Source of the DNA: Trichlorobacter lovleyi SZ
GTDB lineage: Bacteria > Desulfobacterota > Desulfuromonadia > Geobacterales > Pseudopelobacteraceae
Direction: 5' to 3'
Assembly: GCF_000020385.1 (NCBI RefSeq)
Contig: NC_010814.1
Location: forward strand, 1,260,001-1,292,000
DNA length: 32,000 bases
Positions 1 through 11,010 of the stretch are shown one piece after another (position 1 is the first letter of the stretch; each line of letters begins with the position of its first letter). The notes under the pieces were generated by a model. That model searched no databases and was not told the origin of the DNA. It saw only the letters and a list, made by a program, of their open reading frames with translations. A program made the translations under genes and the position numbers.

Positions 1-406
1 CGCCGGTCTCGGTGGCCAGCCGCTTGATCCCGGCCTGCTTGTTGTAAAAGGCCTGGGGGATAGCCGAGTTAGGCTTGTGTGAGCCGGCCGGTGAGACCCC
101 TTCGTACTTGTAGTAGATCTTGGCCGGCGTGCCCAGCGCCTTTTCCAGGCGGTGAGCCCGGAACATCGGGGATGGCCGCCACATGGTATAGATGTCACGC
201 ACCTGCTCAGGGATGTCGATCCAGCGCTGATTGGACATCTCCTGCTCCAGAATGGCAGGCGGAAAGATCGCCAGCAGCTCTTCCGGGGTGACCGGCTCTC
301 CGGTACGTGGGGAGATAACCGGTGCCAGCGGACCTGGCAGGTCAGGGATGATGTTGTACCATTGGGTGGGGAGTTTATCCTCGGGCAAAATTATCTTTGT
401 CTGCAT
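1..406 (-). CDS. trpB2: TrpB2-type tryptophan synthase beta-like PLP enzyme, N-terminal ~135 codons (rest lies beyond the left edge)
   Basis: Absent from the ORF track because it runs off the window edge. My translation from the ATG at 404-406 (reverse strand) is [135 protein letters not shown]. This is the typical TrpB2 N-terminus, with the GSHKPN PLP-lysine motif. GGAGG lies 4 nt upstream of the ATG. Confidence 0.85.
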   Translation of the reverse strand, partial: MQTKIILPEDKLPTQWYNIIPDLPGPLAPVISPRTGEPVTPEELLAIFPPAILEQEMSNQRWIDIPEQVRDIYTMWRPSPMFRAHRLEKALGTPAKIYYKYEGVSPAGSHKPNSAIPQAFYNKQAGIKRLATETG

Positions 407-563
407 CGATCCTCCGAAGGGAACGGTTCTTTTCCGTCCTGACCACGCCATGCTGTGCCATGTCTTGTGCGGCGTACTGTTCGGTACGCCTCCGCGCCAT
501 GTCGTGCCTGTCGCACCCAGAACGAAAAACTCCACGTTCCCGCAACAATAAAGTTATTTTAAC

Positions 564-1883
564 TTACTCCAGATTGTCCTCAATACGAATCAGGCGGCTC
601 TTCTCGCTGATAAAGTCAAAGCTGTCGATCTCGGCCAGGGCCGTGCGAATCGCCCCTTCGCGGGCTTCGTGGGTCTTGATCACAATCGGTACGGCCTGCC
701 CGCCGTTGTGTCGGGCGGTCTGTACCATCGATTCAATGCTGATACCGTTTTTACCCAGTACACCGGCGATGCCGGCCAGTACGCCCGGTTGATCCTGGGC
801 GGTAAAGCGCAGCATGAAGCTGGTGATGATCTCTTCCATCGGCTTGAGCGGCAGGGTGGTGATGGTGTTGTCCAGAAAACCCAACGGCGCGGATCTGCGG
901 TTTTGAACACCGGCAGCGATGCTGCGGGAAAGGGCGACAAGGTCTCCCACAATGGCGCTGGCAGTGGGGTTTTGGCCCGCTCCCCGGCCGTAGAACAGTA
1001 CCGGTCCGACAAAGTCACCGGTCAGGTGGATGGCGTTGAAGACGCCGTTCACGTCGGCCAGAGGATTGCGCAGCGGGATCATGGTGGGGTGTACCCGTAC
1101 TTCAAGTTGCCTGTCGTCGGTCAGTTTGCCGATGGCCAGCAGCTTGATCCGGTAGCCGAACTGCTCGGCAAAGCGGATATCAATGCCTGAAATGGCGGTG
1201 ATCCCTTCGGTGTGAATGGCGTTGAAATCGATTTTAGTGCCGAAACAGAGCGAGGCCAGCACCGCCAGCTTGTGGGCCGTATCAACCCCTTCGATGTCAA
1301 AGGTGGGGTCCGGTTCGGCGTAGCCAAGTTCCATGGCACTTTTGAGTACATCCTCAAAATCAGCACCTTCCTGGGTCATGCGGGTCAGGATGTAGTTGCA
1401 GGTACCGTTCATGATACCGAAGACCGAGCTGAAGCGGTTGCCGGACAGATTGCCCTTGATGGCTGACAGGACCGGAATGCCGCCCCCTACCGCTGCCTCA
1501 AACTGGACCTCAACACCTTTACGGGCGGCAGCGGCGTAGATCTCATCACCATGCAGGGCCAGCAGGGCCTTGTTGGCGGTGACCACATGTTTGCCGGCTT
1601 CAATCGCCTTCAGTACAAAGGTCTTGGCCGGTTCATAGCCGCCGATCAGCTCAATCACGATGCTGATCTCGGGATCATTGAAAATCTCATTCACATCGGT
1701 GGTCAGCATGGCTGGATCAACGGAAACTCCGCGATCACTGGTGATATCCAGGTCGGCAATCCGTTTCAGGATAATGCCGCTACCCACCTTCTGTTGTACC
1801 GTTTGCGCATTCTCCTGCAGCAGCCGGACCACGCCTGCACCGATATTGCCAAAGCCGATCAGGCCAACCTTGATCTCATTCAT
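564..1883 (-). CDS. hom: homoserine dehydrogenase
   Basis: 439-aa ORF. It has an N-terminal NAD-binding motif ([13 protein letters not shown]), a catalytic core and a C-terminal ACT-like region. The start overlaps the nusB stop by 4 nt. Confidence 0.95.
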   Translation of the reverse strand: MNEIKVGLIGFGNIGAGVVRLLQENAQTVQQKVGSGIILKRIADLDITSDRGVSVDPAMLTTDVNEIFNDPEISIVIELIGGYEPAKTFVLKAIEAGKHVVTANKALLALHGDEIYAAAARKGVEVQFEAAVGGGIPVLSAIKGNLSGNRFSSVFGIMNGTCNYILTRMTQEGADFEDVLKSAMELGYAEPDPTFDIEGVDTAHKLAVLASLCFGTKIDFNAIHTEGITAISGIDIRFAEQFGYRIKLLAIGKLTDDRQLEVRVHPTMIPLRNPLADVNGVFNAIHLTGDFVGPVLFYGRGAGQNPTASAIVGDLVALSRSIAAGVQNRRSAPLGFLDNTITTLPLKPMEEIITSFMLRFTAQDQPGVLAGIAGVLGKNGISIESMVQTARHNGGQAVPIVIKTHEAREGAIRTALAEIDSFDFISEKSRLIRIEDNLE

Positions 1884-2308
1884 TCCGTATCACTCCGCTC
1901 CTCATCCTTGGGGCAGGCCTCCAGCTCATCCAGGATGCCGTTCACAAAGGCGGGAGACTCCTTGTCTCCATATTTCTTGGCGATCTCGATCGCCTCGTTA
2001 ATGCTGACCTTCTTGGGGATGTCCCGCTTGAACATCAGTTCATAGGCTGCCATCCGCATGATGTTCAGGTCAACCCGCGGCATGCGGGACAAGGCCCAGT
2101 TTTTTGAACGGGCCACAATGGCCTGATCAATCGCCTCGCGATGCTCCATCACACCTTGCACCAGGGCCTCGGCAAACTCCCGTGTCCGCTCCCCGGTTTC
2201 AACCCCTTCGCGGAAGCCCCGCAGGGTGTCCCGCAGGCTGCCCTGCAGGGTATCCTGTGCGTAGAGCATCTGCAGCGCCAGTTCACGTGCTTCGCGACGA
2301 AGTCCCAT
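1880..2308 (-). CDS. nusB: transcription antitermination factor NusB
   Basis: 142-aa ORF starting [19 protein letters not shown], the typical NusB N-terminus. It sits in the classic ribH-nusB arrangement. Confidence 0.95.
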   Translation of the reverse strand: MGLRREARELALQMLYAQDTLQGSLRDTLRGFREGVETGERTREFAEALVQGVMEHREAIDQAIVARSKNWALSRMPRVDLNIMRMAAYELMFKRDIPKKVSINEAIEIAKKYGDKESPAFVNGILDELEACPKDEERSDTE

Positions 2309-2309
2309 C

Positions 2310-2777
2310 TTATTTCATCGCCTTAATCACGTTGACGGTCTCAATGGCGGTAACCGCGGCCTCAAAACCCTTGTTGCCCGCCTTGGTGCCGGCCCGCTCC
2401 ACGGCCTGTTCAATGGTGTCGGTGGTCAGCACGCCAAAGGCGATCGGCAGTCCGCTTTCCAGAGAGACCGACGCAACCCCTTTGGATACCTCGGAAGAGA
2501 CATACTCAAAATGGGGGGTGGAACCGCGGATGACCGCACCCAGGCAGATCACGGCATCAAACTTCTGAGAGGCTGCCATGGTCTTGGCTGCCAGGGGAAT
2601 CTCAAAGGCACCGGGGATACGTGCCACGGTGATATCGGTTTCATTGGCGCCGTGACGCACCAGGGCATCAATCGCCCCTTCCAGCAGGCGCTCACAGATA
2701 AAACTGTTAAAACGGCTGACCACAATACCAAAGGTCAGGCCTTTTGCGTCGAGATTGCCTTCAATAAACTTGGGCAT
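2310..2777 (-). CDS. ribH: 6,7-dimethyl-8-ribityllumazine synthase
   Basis: 155-aa ORF with the characteristic lumazine synthase sequence [12 protein letters not shown]...[10 protein letters not shown]...[18 protein letters not shown]. Confidence 0.95.
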   Translation of the reverse strand: MPKFIEGNLDAKGLTFGIVVSRFNSFICERLLEGAIDALVRHGANETDITVARIPGAFEIPLAAKTMAASQKFDAVICLGAVIRGSTPHFEYVSSEVSKGVASVSLESGLPIAFGVLTTDTIEQAVERAGTKAGNKGFEAAVTAIETVNVIKAMK

Positions 2778-2880
2778 GGGAGACTCCTCAATGAGTTTTC
2801 ACAATTTCATTCATCTGAAAGTTTTTTTCTATAGCATATTTTGTGGCAATGGGGATAGATTTTCATGCAGCTGCCGGCGC

Positions 2881-3264
2881 TTAAAGCAGGGCCAGCAGAC
2901 GGTTACGTGTCTCCTCGGCAATCAGGCTCTCCTCAATTGCCTCCCGTACCCAGGGCTGGCGGGAACGGATCAGCACCAGCGCCACCCCTTCCGCAACCGC
3001 CGGGATGTCGGACCAGAGGGCGTTGCGCAGGGTGTGCAGCTCGTTGGGGTCCGCTGCCGCACCGTCTGCCAGCTCACGGCAGCGTCCGCAGAGCAGGGCC
3101 AGGGTGTCCGGTGCAGGTTCCCGGTCCGGGGCATGGTCCCAGGGGCGCAGCTCATCCTTGCTTTCGCACCACTCGCAGCGGAATCCGGCCCGCTTGGCCA
3201 GCTCCTTGCCCAGCCGGCTGATCTCAGCCAGGTGTTCCTGATTGGCGTTGTATCCTTTGGCCAT
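2881..3264 (-). CDS. hypothetical protein with a CxxC...CxxC putative zinc ribbon
   Basis: 127-aa ORF with native-like codon usage. It carries the motifs CEWC and CGRC about 29 residues apart. I do not recognise a family. Confidence 0.6.
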   Translation of the reverse strand: MAKGYNANQEHLAEISRLGKELAKRAGFRCEWCESKDELRPWDHAPDREPAPDTLALLCGRCRELADGAAADPNELHTLRNALWSDIPAVAEGVALVLIRSRQPWVREAIEESLIAEETRNRLLALL

Positions 3265-3316
3265 GGTTGCAGTTTCCTTTCACCGGCTGGTTTCTGGCCA
3301 CTTCTGTAGCACAGAA

Positions 3317-3358
3317 ACGGCACAGGGGCCAACGATAGATCGCTGGCCCCTGTGCCGT
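3317..3358 (-). terminator. intrinsic terminator downstream of nifH
   Basis: Perfect 15-bp inverted repeat, ACGGCACAGGGGCCA (3317-3331) and TGGCCCCTGTGCCGT (3344-3358). It lies 26 nt after the nifH stop and is followed on the minus strand by TTCTGTGC. Confidence 0.6.
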
Positions 3359-3383
3359 TATTACCTGGCTGAGTGCAGGATTG

Positions 3384-4355
<972 letters not shown>

Positions 4356-4480
4356 CTAAAGGCTCCCGTCTTTTCAAAAACCGTTGAAGCTGCTGTTTGC
4401 TGAGCTGTAGAGATCTCAACAGAAGGGCGTGTGTCCGGATGAAATTCTGTCCCGCTTGGTACCCTACATAAACCATGCCG

Positions 4481-4496
4481 AGCAGCAGCAATGCCG
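4481..4496 (-). promoter_or_regulatory. candidate sigma-54 (-24/-12) promoter for nifH
   Basis: The minus strand reads cGGCATtgctgcTGCT, against the consensus TGGCAC-N5-TTGCW. GG and GC have the correct 10-nt spacing. It lies about 230 nt upstream of the nifH ATG. Confidence 0.4.
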
Positions 4497-4615
4497 GAGA
4501 ACGGTTGCAACAGGGCATTCAGCGCTGGCGGGAAGGGAAAAGCGGGTAACGTTACACGGAGGATATGCGTAAATTTGTTGCAGATGACGGGTAATACGGC
4601 AGATGACAATATGGA

Positions 4616-4661
4616 AACCTGATCACGATGCCGCAGGTCTGGATGGCATCGTGATCAGGTT
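4616..4661 (-). terminator. intrinsic terminator after the 213-aa membrane protein gene
   Basis: Perfect 17-bp stem, AACCTGATCACGATGCC / GGCATCGTGATCAGGTT, with a 12-nt loop. On the minus strand it is followed by TCCATATTGTC. Confidence 0.6.
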
Positions 4662-4698
4662 GTCTGGTTAACGGGTGCTGCAGGTGAACGCCTTGATC

Positions 4699-5340
4699 TT
4701 AGTCTGCCTTGCGTGCCTCATACTGGCTGATCAGCAGTAACTGTCCCCAGGGGATGGTGATGATGATGCCGATTCCCAGGGCGATTGCTCCGGCACTGCC
4801 CAGAATGCCCCCCACCAGAATGGCCAGCAGCCAGTTGACAGCATCTTTCTGGATGGTGGCAAGGCTCCATTTAAAGGCATCAATGGCGCTGAGCCGCTTG
4901 TCAATAACCGCCAGCATACCGGGTGCGGCAACAAAGTAGAGGGCAAGCACGGCCAGGGTGCCCAGAAACGGAATAAAGGAGAGCAGCACCACGGCGACAA
5001 GGTACAACACCAGATAGACCAGCAGGTTGCCGAAACAGTCCCAGGCATTAAAGATATCACCCACAGCGGCCTTGCCCTGACCACGGAAGACCTTCATCAA
5101 TGAGCGGGTGTACCCGGCAATGAAGCCGGCGTTGGCTATGGGCACCCAGGCCACCAGGCAGAAGACCAGTGTCAGCAAGACCAGGTCACCCAGGTTATCC
5201 TTCCAGATGGTGGTGGCGTTGCTAAAGCTGGCCCCGAAATCACCGGCAGTGATTCGGGGTGAAGCAGGGAGGACGGTGCCACACTGGGGACATTTGGTGC
5301 TGCCGTTTGGAACCTGAGCCTTGCAGAACTGGCATTGCAT
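4699..5340 (-). CDS. integral membrane protein with an N-terminal zinc ribbon
   Basis: 213-aa ORF. The N-terminus is MQCQFCKAQVPNGSTKCPQCG (CxxC...CxxC), followed by several hydrophobic helices. GAGGAGG lies upstream of the ATG. Confidence 0.7.
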   Translation of the reverse strand: MQCQFCKAQVPNGSTKCPQCGTVLPASPRITAGDFGASFSNATTIWKDNLGDLVLLTLVFCLVAWVPIANAGFIAGYTRSLMKVFRGQGKAAVGDIFNAWDCFGNLLVYLVLYLVAVVLLSFIPFLGTLAVLALYFVAAPGMLAVIDKRLSAIDAFKWSLATIQKDAVNWLLAILVGGILGSAGAIALGIGIIITIPWGQLLLISQYEARKAD

Positions 5341-5442
5341 GGTTACGACCTCCTCAAACCGTGATATCTGATGACCCTTTGGCCACCAGTCTGTCAGTAT
5401 TCTACCATCCGAATCATAAACCTCAAGCTGTGGTCATCCGAA

Positions 5443-8400
5443 TCAGCGCACCTCCACCTGCCAGGGACTGCTTTCACTGCGCAACTCCGGCCGGTACATC
5501 GGCCAGATGGCTGATGGCAGTGCCAGAACCTTTCCTTTCAGTTCCGGGTAGACCACAAAACGGAACTCATGACTGCCCGATGGCAGGTAGCCAACAAACC
5601 AGGCCATCAGGGTATCGCGGCGCTCCTTGTGATCGTACCAGCCCTGGTAGTAGGCCTCATTGGCATAGCGCGGGTCGCGGTCTGCCTGACGCACCTCAAA
5701 ACCGGCAGGCAGGTGATCTTCCAGGATCAGATACTCAAGGGTGGCACTGTTTTTAACGGTCAGCCGGACCTCCAGATCTTCGCCAACCGTAACCGGATCA
5801 CCCGTTTTCAGCGGTTCGTATTCATGACGCCACTGTCCGTTTTTCTGTACGGATCTGATCCGGTAGATGCTGCGCTCAAGCTGCAGGCCATCGGCCTTGG
5901 CTGACTGCTCCACCGGAACCCGGTAGGTGAGCTTTGCACTCAGATAGGCGCTGCCGCTGTTGTTGGATTTTTCAAGCTGCAGGCTGTTTTCTCCGGCAAC
6001 TGCCGGGGTTGTGAGGGTGGCGCGGCCAACGGTCAGGCGCCCTTTTTCCACGGTGTAGCGCTCCAGCTCTTTTGAGTTGTGCAGCAGACGGGCGGTGTAA
6101 CTGGCATCAAGTTCACCGCTTGCAGCAACAAAGTCAGCCAGGGCCCGTACCCCGGCAGCCGAGGCAACCGTGGTCTGCCACCAGCCGCCCCGCTGGTTAC
6201 GGGCCAGATAGCGGGCCAGTGCCGCTGAAGCGGCATCTTCCGGCATGATTCTGCTTGTGGCTGAAAGCAATGCAGCAGTGGTCTCAAGGGATGAGCTGCC
6301 CCAGCGCCAGCCGGTCTCGTTTTCAGGCAGCCAGGCAGCCTCGCTGTCCCGTTGCAGCAGTGCCTGCAGCCCCTTCAGGATCTGCGCTGCCTGTTGCCGT
6401 TGGCCACGGTTGTCCAGTGCCTCGGCAACAGCGATCTTCGCTTCCGCTGGCAGGCTGGTCAAACCATCAATCAGACGTTTTTCGGTAGCGGGATGGTTGC
6501 CACCGTGGGCGGTCAATGCCCGGTAGAGCACGGCAGCCTGTTCTGGGCGGGCCTTGTCAAGCTGGCTCTCCAGTGCCTTGGTGCCCCGCTGCACAAGCTG
6601 CTCATCCAGCTTTATTCCGGCCCGTTTGGCCGTTGCCAGCCCCTGCATGGCCAGGGCGGTCAGGTGCGGGTTGGTGCTGTCGTTTTTCCACCAGCCCCAG
6701 CCACCATCTGCATGCTGCAGATCAGCCAGGCGCTGCAGCCCCTCAGCCACAATCTGCGGCAGTTTGGCCTGCAGTGTTGGCGAGAGATTCCGTCCCTGGG
6801 CGGTCAGCATCTGTTGGGCATAGACCGCAGGAACAAAACGGGAAACGGTCTGCTCAACGCAGCCATAGGGGAAGGAGATCAGATACTCCAGTGCCGGAAT
6901 CAGGCTGTCCGCCACGGTGGGGGAGAATGTTGCGGTGATGCTGCCGCTGTCCAACAGTGCTGAACCGGGTTGCGTAACCAGTGCCTGTGCCTGCCCACTG
7001 CGCAGCGCAATGCTGGCGGCCTGTTCACGTTGCAGGGATCGGGACAGCACCGGGAAGGTCAACTCCAGGGCATCTTTGCCCTCGCTGCCTGCTGCGGTCA
7101 GCCGCAACAGGGCCTGACCGGGCTGCTGTGCCGTAACCTGAATATTCTTGCGCAAAGAACCGCCAGCCGGAACCGTACCGGTAAAGTCGGTATCACCCAG
7201 CAGGGTCAGACCGGTGGCCTCAAAGCGACCTTTTACCTGTTGTTCCTTATTAGTGGCATCGTTCAGCAGCCCAGGAATCTCCAGCCGGTCTTCAGCCACC
7301 ATGAAGCGGGGTGGCGCCAGACGGGCCATGAACGCTAGGCGGCTGATAAAACTGGCCTGGCCACTGCCAAACTGCTGTTCAGCCGTATGCCCCACCGCAG
7401 TGGCGCGCCATTTGGTCAGGTTGTCCGGCAGCTGGGCCTCGGCAACCACCGTGCCGTTACTGTCACTGGCCAGCATCGGCAGCCAGGCTGCGGTATCCTT
7501 AAACACCTTGCGGACCTTGATCCCCTTCAGGTCATCAGCACCGGCCAGTTTTGCCAGATCCTTTGATGCGCCCCCCAGGTAGAGCCGGGGGAAGGAGTTG
7601 ATCGTGCGGACCAGGTGATCCCGCCGTCCACGGAAGAAGCGGTAGATCTCCTCGCGGGTCTCCGGTGCCACGGCAAAGATCGCCTCATCCACCAGAGCCA
7701 GCGAGATCTCAGCCGGAACCGGCTTACCTTCGGACCTGCTGCTGATGGTGATCTTTGCGGTATCACCAGGGGCATAGACCGGCTGCTGCGGAGTAACGGT
7801 CAGATCCAGTTTGCCCGGCTGATACTCAACCTTTAACAGGCCTTGCTGTTGGTAAAACCGTCCATTGCTTATGGTGCTGGCTGAAACATGGATGTTGGGG
7901 GCCAGATCTTTGGTGACCGGGATCTCAACCACCTGCACCGCTGCGGTAATCGGGATAATCCGGCTCTGGTGGATGCGGCGTCCTTCAAGGGTCAGCAGCA
8001 GCGAACCGCCCAGCGCCGGTGCCCGCAGGATCAGGCGGGCAGTCTCACCCGGCTTGTAGCTCTTTTTGTCAAACTCCGCCTCCAGCTCGCGATAGCTGCC
8101 AGCCCAGCTGCTGCCTTTTTCCCAGACCCAGGCATAGGTTTCATCATAGCTGCGGCGCTTGCCTTCATCAAAGGTCTCAGCCCGCAGCCGCCAGTAGTCA
8201 GAAGAAGGGAAGCTGTAGCTGATTCGGGTTGCCCCATCCTTAGCGGTACGATCATGCAGGGTGGTAACACTCTTCCAGCTATAGGTGCGGCTTTTCTTGT
8301 CATAGACTTGCTTTTCAACAATCAGCGCAACCGCTGTGTTGGGCCTGGCAACTCCCTGCCAGTCAGCCACCCGCACAATAAAGCCGCTTGGCTTACCAGG

Positions 8401-10557
8401 CTGCAGCAGGTACTGCTCTCCCTTGATCCTGATATCCAGTAGCGACGGTACCACGGTCAGGCTGGTTGAGCCGCTTACCTGGCGGGAGGAGTTGTCGGTC
8501 ACATCAGCCTCAATGGAATATCTGACCGGCTGTTCATGGTTTTTGGCAGTTACGGTGATGGTGGCCTCACCATTGGGGTCCAGCTTTGCCTCACCTTCAC
8601 TGACAAACTCATTATAGCCGTCATACTGGTATGATTCCTCGCCAAAGCCGCCTCCGGCCCGTTCATCAGCGTACCAGGGCTGGGAATAAACCCGCCAGAC
8701 AATCTTCCCTTCAGCCACCGGTGCGCCAAAGTAGTAACGGGCTGAAAGTTTGACCGGGATCTGGCTGCCGGACAGCGGGAACTGCTGATCCGCATGCAGC
8801 TTTACCTCAAACTCCGGTTTGCGGTACTCCAGCACCTTGAAGCTGCCCTGCCATGAGTCTGCCCCATTGCCGGCAGAGATGCTGTACTCCCCCAGGGTGG
8901 GGGTTGCAGGCAGGTTGAACTGGCCATGGAATGAACCGGATGGTGAGCTTTTGACAGCCTCTTCAAACACAGTCTTGTCGCCGGAATCAGTCACCTTGAT
9001 GGTGATCTGACCACCGGAGGGTAACTGGTAGTCATCCCCGGCTTTTTGACGCATCACACCTTTGTAAAAAACGGTCTGGCCCGGCCGGTAGGCGGTCCGT
9101 TCCGTATAGAGATAGCCTTTGATTGCGCTGGTTTTCTGCTCCCCTTCATCCGCCCCCAAAGAGAGCACTGCCAGACTGTTGCCAAGGCGACCAACAACCC
9201 GTTGCCCCTGCTGTTTGATCTCCCAGAAGGCCGTGCCATCTGCCTTGCTGGTTGTTGCTACCCTGGCAGGGTCGGAGCCATAGAAGGCCACCCTGGCAAG
9301 CGGCTTGCCGCTCTTCAGGTCCAGGGCCTGCAGCAGGGTGCGGTCAGGCGCGGTCTTGGCCACCAGCCCCAGGTCCGTGGCAATAAAGGCGACTTTGGCA
9401 ACTGCCCCATCCCCCTGCAACTGCACCAGATAAGCACCGGGAGGCAGCGCAGGCAGTTTAAAGCGTGCCCGGTTGCGGTGCTCATTCTTGCCCGGCTTCA
9501 ACGTAATGCTGAGTTTCTTCTGCAGCTTCAGCAGGTGATCCGGGATCTCCTCCGGCTTGGCAAGGTTAACCGAGTTGTTGATGATCGCCTCAGGAGCAAT
9601 CCGGTTGATAGTGACCTGTGCCTTGGTGACCCAGAGGCCGTACACCCTGACTGCTACCGCCTTATTGGACAGGATCACATCGCCGTACAGCTCAACATCA
9701 AGTGAGGGAGGCCTGGGGTTGGCAACCAGGGACAGCTGCTGCTGTTCCCCTTCCTTCAGGGTCAGTTGCTGCTCAGTGCGCTCCATCCGTTCATCAGAGA
9801 CGGCAACGGTATAGCTGCCCGGTGGCAGCATCCCGATCTTCAGCTTGCCAGTGCTGTCCAGCTTGTCGCTGCGCCAGACAGTGCCGCCGTTCAAAGACAG
9901 CGAGACACCGGAAGCAGAGCTCATATACCGGTTGCTGGAAAGGCTGGCGCTGATCTCCACCGTGCCTGCCTTGCGCACGGTCAGATTGCCCAGCTGTTTG
10001 TCTTCACCTGCAGCAGGCTGGGGATAGAAGGATTTTTCCAGCACCCAGCCCGGTTGCTCCAGAATCAGGTCATGGCCACGTGGGTCAAGGTTGTCAAAAC
10101 GGAACCTGCCACCTGCATCGGTGGTGGCGCTGAACAGCCGGTCAACCAGCATCCTGAACCCGGCCAGCGGCTTGCCGGTACTATCCACCAGACGCCCGGA
10201 AATGGCGGCAGCCTTGTTCAGCCAGACCTTGGCCTCGGCCTTTTCCTGACCATCCAGATACAGGTAGTTGCGGGTGGTGCCCATGCCAGCAGCCCTGGTC
10301 AGGTAGTAGTAGGTCCCCTTGGGCAGACTGACGGTTCCGCTGCCGTTGGCATCCACGGTCAGGTTGGCAACAACCCTGCCCGGTCCCGTGTTCTCCCGAA
10401 ACTCGATAGATGCGGCAGGTATCGGCTTGTTGGTCTCGGCTGCCATCACTGTGATCTGCACCGGCACCGGGCCGGTTGCTACAGGTGCGGCACCTGACGG
10501 GATAACAGTCAGTAGGGAAAGAATCAGGAGGAAAAACAGGGTGAGTAGGCGTTGCAT
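5443..10557 (-). CDS. bacterial alpha-2-macroglobulin family protein, thioester-containing
   Basis: 1704-aa ORF. It has an N-terminal signal peptide (MQRLLTLFFLLILSLLTVIPSGAAP) and the thioester motif GCVEQ (Cys1233, nt 6850-6861) in the context FPYGCVEQTVSRF. MG-type repeat regions are present, and the N-terminus has carboxypeptidase-regulatory-like beta domains. AAGGAG lies upstream of the ATG. Confidence 0.9.
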   Translation of the reverse strand: MQRLLTLFFLLILSLLTVIPSGAAPVATGPVPVQITVMAAETNKPIPAASIEFRENTGPGRVVANLTVDANGSGTVSLPKGTYYYLTRAAGMGTTRNYLYLDGQEKAEAKVWLNKAAAISGRLVDSTGKPLAGFRMLVDRLFSATTDAGGRFRFDNLDPRGHDLILEQPGWVLEKSFYPQPAAGEDKQLGNLTVRKAGTVEISASLSSNRYMSSASGVSLSLNGGTVWRSDKLDSTGKLKIGMLPPGSYTVAVSDERMERTEQQLTLKEGEQQQLSLVANPRPPSLDVELYGDVILSNKAVAVRVYGLWVTKAQVTINRIAPEAIINNSVNLAKPEEIPDHLLKLQKKLSITLKPGKNEHRNRARFKLPALPPGAYLVQLQGDGAVAKVAFIATDLGLVAKTAPDRTLLQALDLKSGKPLARVAFYGSDPARVATTSKADGTAFWEIKQQGQRVVGRLGNSLAVLSLGADEGEQKTSAIKGYLYTERTAYRPGQTVFYKGVMRQKAGDDYQLPSGGQITIKVTDSGDKTVFEEAVKSSPSGSFHGQFNLPATPTLGEYSISAGNGADSWQGSFKVLEYRKPEFEVKLHADQQFPLSGSQIPVKLSARYYFGAPVAEGKIVWRVYSQPWYADERAGGGFGEESYQYDGYNEFVSEGEAKLDPNGEATITVTAKNHEQPVRYSIEADVTDNSSRQVSGSTSLTVVPSLLDIRIKGEQYLLQPGKPSGFIVRVADWQGVARPNTAVALIVEKQVYDKKSRTYSWKSVTTLHDRTAKDGATRISYSFPSSDYWRLRAETFDEGKRRSYDETYAWVWEKGSSWAGSYRELEAEFDKKSYKPGETARLILRAPALGGSLLLTLEGRRIHQSRIIPITAAVQVVEIPVTKDLAPNIHVSASTISNGRFYQQQGLLKVEYQPGKLDLTVTPQQPVYAPGDTAKITISSRSEGKPVPAEISLALVDEAIFAVAPETREEIYRFFRGRRDHLVRTINSFPRLYLGGASKDLAKLAGADDLKGIKVRKVFKDTAAWLPMLASDSNGTVVAEAQLPDNLTKWRATAVGHTAEQQFGSGQASFISRLAFMARLAPPRFMVAEDRLEIPGLLNDATNKEQQVKGRFEATGLTLLGDTDFTGTVPAGGSLRKNIQVTAQQPGQALLRLTAAGSEGKDALELTFPVLSRSLQREQAASIALRSGQAQALVTQPGSALLDSGSITATFSPTVADSLIPALEYLISFPYGCVEQTVSRFVPAVYAQQMLTAQGRNLSPTLQAKLPQIVAEGLQRLADLQHADGGWGWWKNDSTNPHLTALAMQGLATAKRAGIKLDEQLVQRGTKALESQLDKARPEQAAVLYRALTAHGGNHPATEKRLIDGLTSLPAEAKIAVAEALDNRGQRQQAAQILKGLQALLQRDSEAAWLPENETGWRWGSSSLETTAALLSATSRIMPEDAASAALARYLARNQRGGWWQTTVASAAGVRALADFVAASGELDASYTARLLHNSKELERYTVEKGRLTVGRATLTTPAVAGENSLQLEKSNNSGSAYLSAKLTYRVPVEQSAKADGLQLERSIYRIRSVQKNGQWRHEYEPLKTGDPVTVGEDLEVRLTVKNSATLEYLILEDHLPAGFEVRQADRDPRYANEAYYQGWYDHKERRDTLMAWFVGYLPSGSHEFRFVVYPELKGKVLALPSAIWPMYRPELRSESSPWQVEVR

Positions 10558-10620
10558 GGGTAACTCCTTCTAAGGGAGGCTGTGGTGCTTGTCTTTTTGT
10601 TAACGGGGCTGAGGCTGACC
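10512..10620. repeat. direct repeat copy A (functional A2M 5' end and upstream region)
   Basis: Aligns with 11473-11580 at roughly 80% identity by eye. One shared stretch is GTAGGGAAAGAATCAGGAGG(A/G)AAAACAGGGTGAGTAGGCG(T/G)TGCAT. Further shared blocks are ACTCCT, GGCTGTGGTG and TTAACGG. Confidence 0.8.
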
Positions 10621-10675
10621 CGCCCTCGGCGGGTCTTGTCGATATTTGGGTTGTGGTTATTGTCAACTTATATAT

Positions 10676-10704
10676 TTGACAGATTGTAGCCATAGGGATA
10701 CAGT
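10676..10704 (+). promoter_or_regulatory. candidate sigma-70 promoter of the higBA-like operon
   Basis: TTGACA (10676-10681), N17, then TACAGT (10699-10704). The -10 element ends 6 nt before the ATG at 10711, so the mRNA could be leaderless. Confidence 0.5.
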
Positions 10705-10710
10705 TTGCTT

Positions 10711-11001
10711 ATGATTGAAATCCGTAAAACTGAACAATTTGCCAACTGGCTTGACAACCTGCGTGATATCCAAGCCAAGGCTCGCGTCTTGGTCAGGATT
10801 GAACGTCTTGCCTCGGGAAATGCCGGCGACGTCAAGCCTGTTGGCGAAGGTATTTCGGAAATGAGAATCAACTACGGTCCCGGTTATCGTGTCTATTTTG
10901 TCCAACGCGGCAGCGAGTTGATCATCCTGCTGGCTGGTGGTGACAAGAGCAACCAATCTCGGGATATCAAGGCAGCAATTCGCCTTGCACAGAAATTATA
11001 G
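10711..11001 (+). CDS. higB: type II toxin, RelE/ParE superfamily (HigB-like addiction module killer protein)
   Basis: MIEIRKTEQFANWLDNLRDIQAKARVLVRIERLASGNAGDVKPVGEGISEMRINYGPGYRVYFVQRGSELIILLAGGDKSNQSRDI is the typical COG3657-type killer protein sequence. The toxin-first gene order matches HigBA. The track start at 10705 is a TTG, so I prefer the ATG at 10711. Confidence 0.85.
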   Translation: MIEIRKTEQFANWLDNLRDIQAKARVLVRIERLASGNAGDVKPVGEGISEMRINYGPGYRVYFVQRGSELIILLAGGDKSNQSRDIKAAIRLAQKL

Positions 11002-11010
11002 GAGTTAGAA

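Noticed and set aside
407-563. A possible Trp leader peptide or attenuator upstream of trpB2.
   Set aside because: The small ORFs in this spacer contain no Trp codons. The hairpins, such as GGCGTAC/GTACGCC, are short and show no alternative pairing or U-tract arrangement that I could establish.
2778-2880. A possible FMN riboswitch upstream of ribH.
   Set aside because: The spacer is only about 100 nt, and none of the conserved RFN-element sequence is visible.
5406-5445. An 11-bp direct repeat, CATCCGAATCA, at 5406-5416 and 5435-5445. The second copy overlaps the A2M stop codon.
   Set aside because: It is short and isolated, with no associated structure or mobile gene. It could be chance or a trivial local duplication.
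9046-10497. Long plus-strand ORFs (219 aa and 243 aa) inside the A2M gene. Similar antisense ORFs occur elsewhere, for example 669-1190, 20637-21248, 23833-24582 and 25677-26390.
   Set aside because: They lie opposite well-supported genes in GC-rich DNA, where stop codons are rare. Their products are low-complexity and rich in R, G, A and P. They have no SD and no recognisable family. These are typical shadow ORFs.
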